DNA of 32,000 nt from Nostoc sp. PCC 7120 = FACHB-418 (GTDB lineage: Bacteria; Cyanobacteriota; Cyanobacteriia; Cyanobacteriales; Nostocaceae), in contig NC_003272.1 of NCBI RefSeq assembly GCF_000009705.1, positions 3,570,001 to 3,602,000 of the forward strand, given 5' to 3'. Positions 31,306-32,000 of the stretch are shown here, in pieces (positions within the stretch are counted from its first letter, which is position 1; the number at the start of each line of letters is the position of its first letter). The notes beneath the pieces are model-generated. The model did no database searches, was not told where the DNA came from, and saw only the letters and a list, made by a program, of their open reading frames with translations. Both the position numbers and the translations under genes were made by a program.

Positions 31306-32000
31306 TTATGATGCTTTCAAAGTTTTTATCGCACTAGCCTGAGATACTCTCTCAAGCCATATTTCCTTGTACAGGTTCATCTCTTGTGGAGTTATAATGA
31401 ATTCATTATAAGAACCATCGTTAATCAAATAAATTAACGCTGCTTGTTCAACAGGATATAGAGTTTCAATTGGGATATAGTAAGCTGCTAATTGAATAAT
31501 CTTATCCTGAATCCAATTTATGGAAACTTTGGGCTTTATAGAAGTTTTGAAGTCACTAAGGGTTAAAGTTTTTCTATAAAAACCTAAGTGGTCAATTTTA
31601 CCAAAATACCGATATTTGAAGCTTACAACAAATTGTTCTGATAGTATAGTTTCTCCAAAATTGGGCAACAATGTATTAAGAGATTGAAGATAATTTTGAT
31701 AAAGTTTGTCAACAGGTTTAGCTTTTTTTCCCATTAAGTGAGAATGAAGATAAGCATGAATAGCATTTCCTGCTTTAACTGCTTCATTTCTAATACGGTT
31801 AGCTTCTTGTTGCCCTACTCTAAGCATCCACTCACGAAGAGCTTCTTTAGAGCTTTCTTCTTGTGTTAGTTTCAGAATATTGCTGACGCTGCGAAGAGGA
31901 TTCTGTTTATTTGATTGTATACCTTGGGCTATATAGCAAGACTCGCCATTTAAAATTACTCTAGATAAAATAGGTAAATTAGATTCTTTATGGGTTAGGG
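31306..32000 (-). CDS. PD-(D/E)XK-type nuclease-like protein, 5'-truncated by the window edge
   Basis: The minus-strand frame stays open from the listed Met (31827) to nt 32000, with no stop in 57 further codons. It has the candidate D...(D/E)xK motifs GKIDHL and LSDFKTS. It is AT-richer than neighbouring genes in my hand count of 100-nt samples. Confidence 0.5.
   Translation of the reverse strand, partial: LTHKESNLPILSRVILNGESCYIAQGIQSNKQNPLRSVSNILKLTQEESSKEALREWMLRVGQQEANRIRNEAVKAGNAIHAYLHSHLMGKKAKPVDKLYQNYLQSLNTLLPNFGETILSEQFVVSFKYRYFGKIDHLGFYRKTLTLSDFKTSIKPKVSINWIQDKIIQLAAYYIPIETLYPVEQAALIYLINDGSYNEFIITPQEMNLYKEIWLERVSQASAIKTLKAS

Noticed and set aside
1-32000. tRNA, rRNA, tmRNA, RNase P RNA, 6S RNA or group I/II intron.
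   Set aside because: I found no cloverleaf-like GTTCGAATC/T-loop contexts or other signatures while reading the intergenic regions. This was a by-eye scan only, so tRNAscan-SE and Infernal should confirm it.

Overview
This looks like a chromosomal segment from a filamentous, heterocyst-forming cyanobacterium (Nostoc/Anabaena type). I counted about 26 HIP1 octamers (GCGATCGC) by eye. There are several tandem heptamer (STRR-type) arrays, and the fused genes panC-cmk and pyrF-pyrE are typical of cyanobacteria.

I support about 27 protein-coding genes, mostly housekeeping:
- MltA fragment, glutaminase, RlpA-like lytic transglycosylase, PanC/Cmk and Fe-SOD
- a PHP phosphoesterase and a peptidoglycan-binding beta-propeller protein
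- a cytochrome b plus molybdopterin oxidoreductase pair
- PyrF/PyrE, an AI-2E permease and a small secreted Cys protein
- an MDR quinone oxidoreductase and a pentapeptide-repeat membrane protein
- class A PBP, FolK, a NUDIX hydrolase, a histidine kinase plus CheY-like receiver, and Nnr

I recognised no rRNA, tRNA, CRISPR array or transposase.

The most interesting locus is an XPB-like SF2 helicase (20670-22223) overlapping by 71 nt a DUF790/Bax1-like nuclease (19526-20740). It lies inside a 6.3-kb four-gene block bracketed by inverted copies of a roughly 100-116 bp MITE-like element with terminal inverted repeats and STRR1 heptamers.

The right edge holds a DUF433/DUF5615 (PIN-like) toxin-antitoxin pair. 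Next to it is an AT-richer PD-(D/E)XK-like nuclease gene that runs off the window, possibly the edge of an accessory island.

Other items are a 240-bp MITE-like element, palindromic repeats flanking pyrFE, G-quadruplex-prone arrays, an orphan terminator (possible sRNA) and perfect palindromes upstream of sodB and the PBP gene.

All family calls rest on motif recognition by eye. No searches were run.
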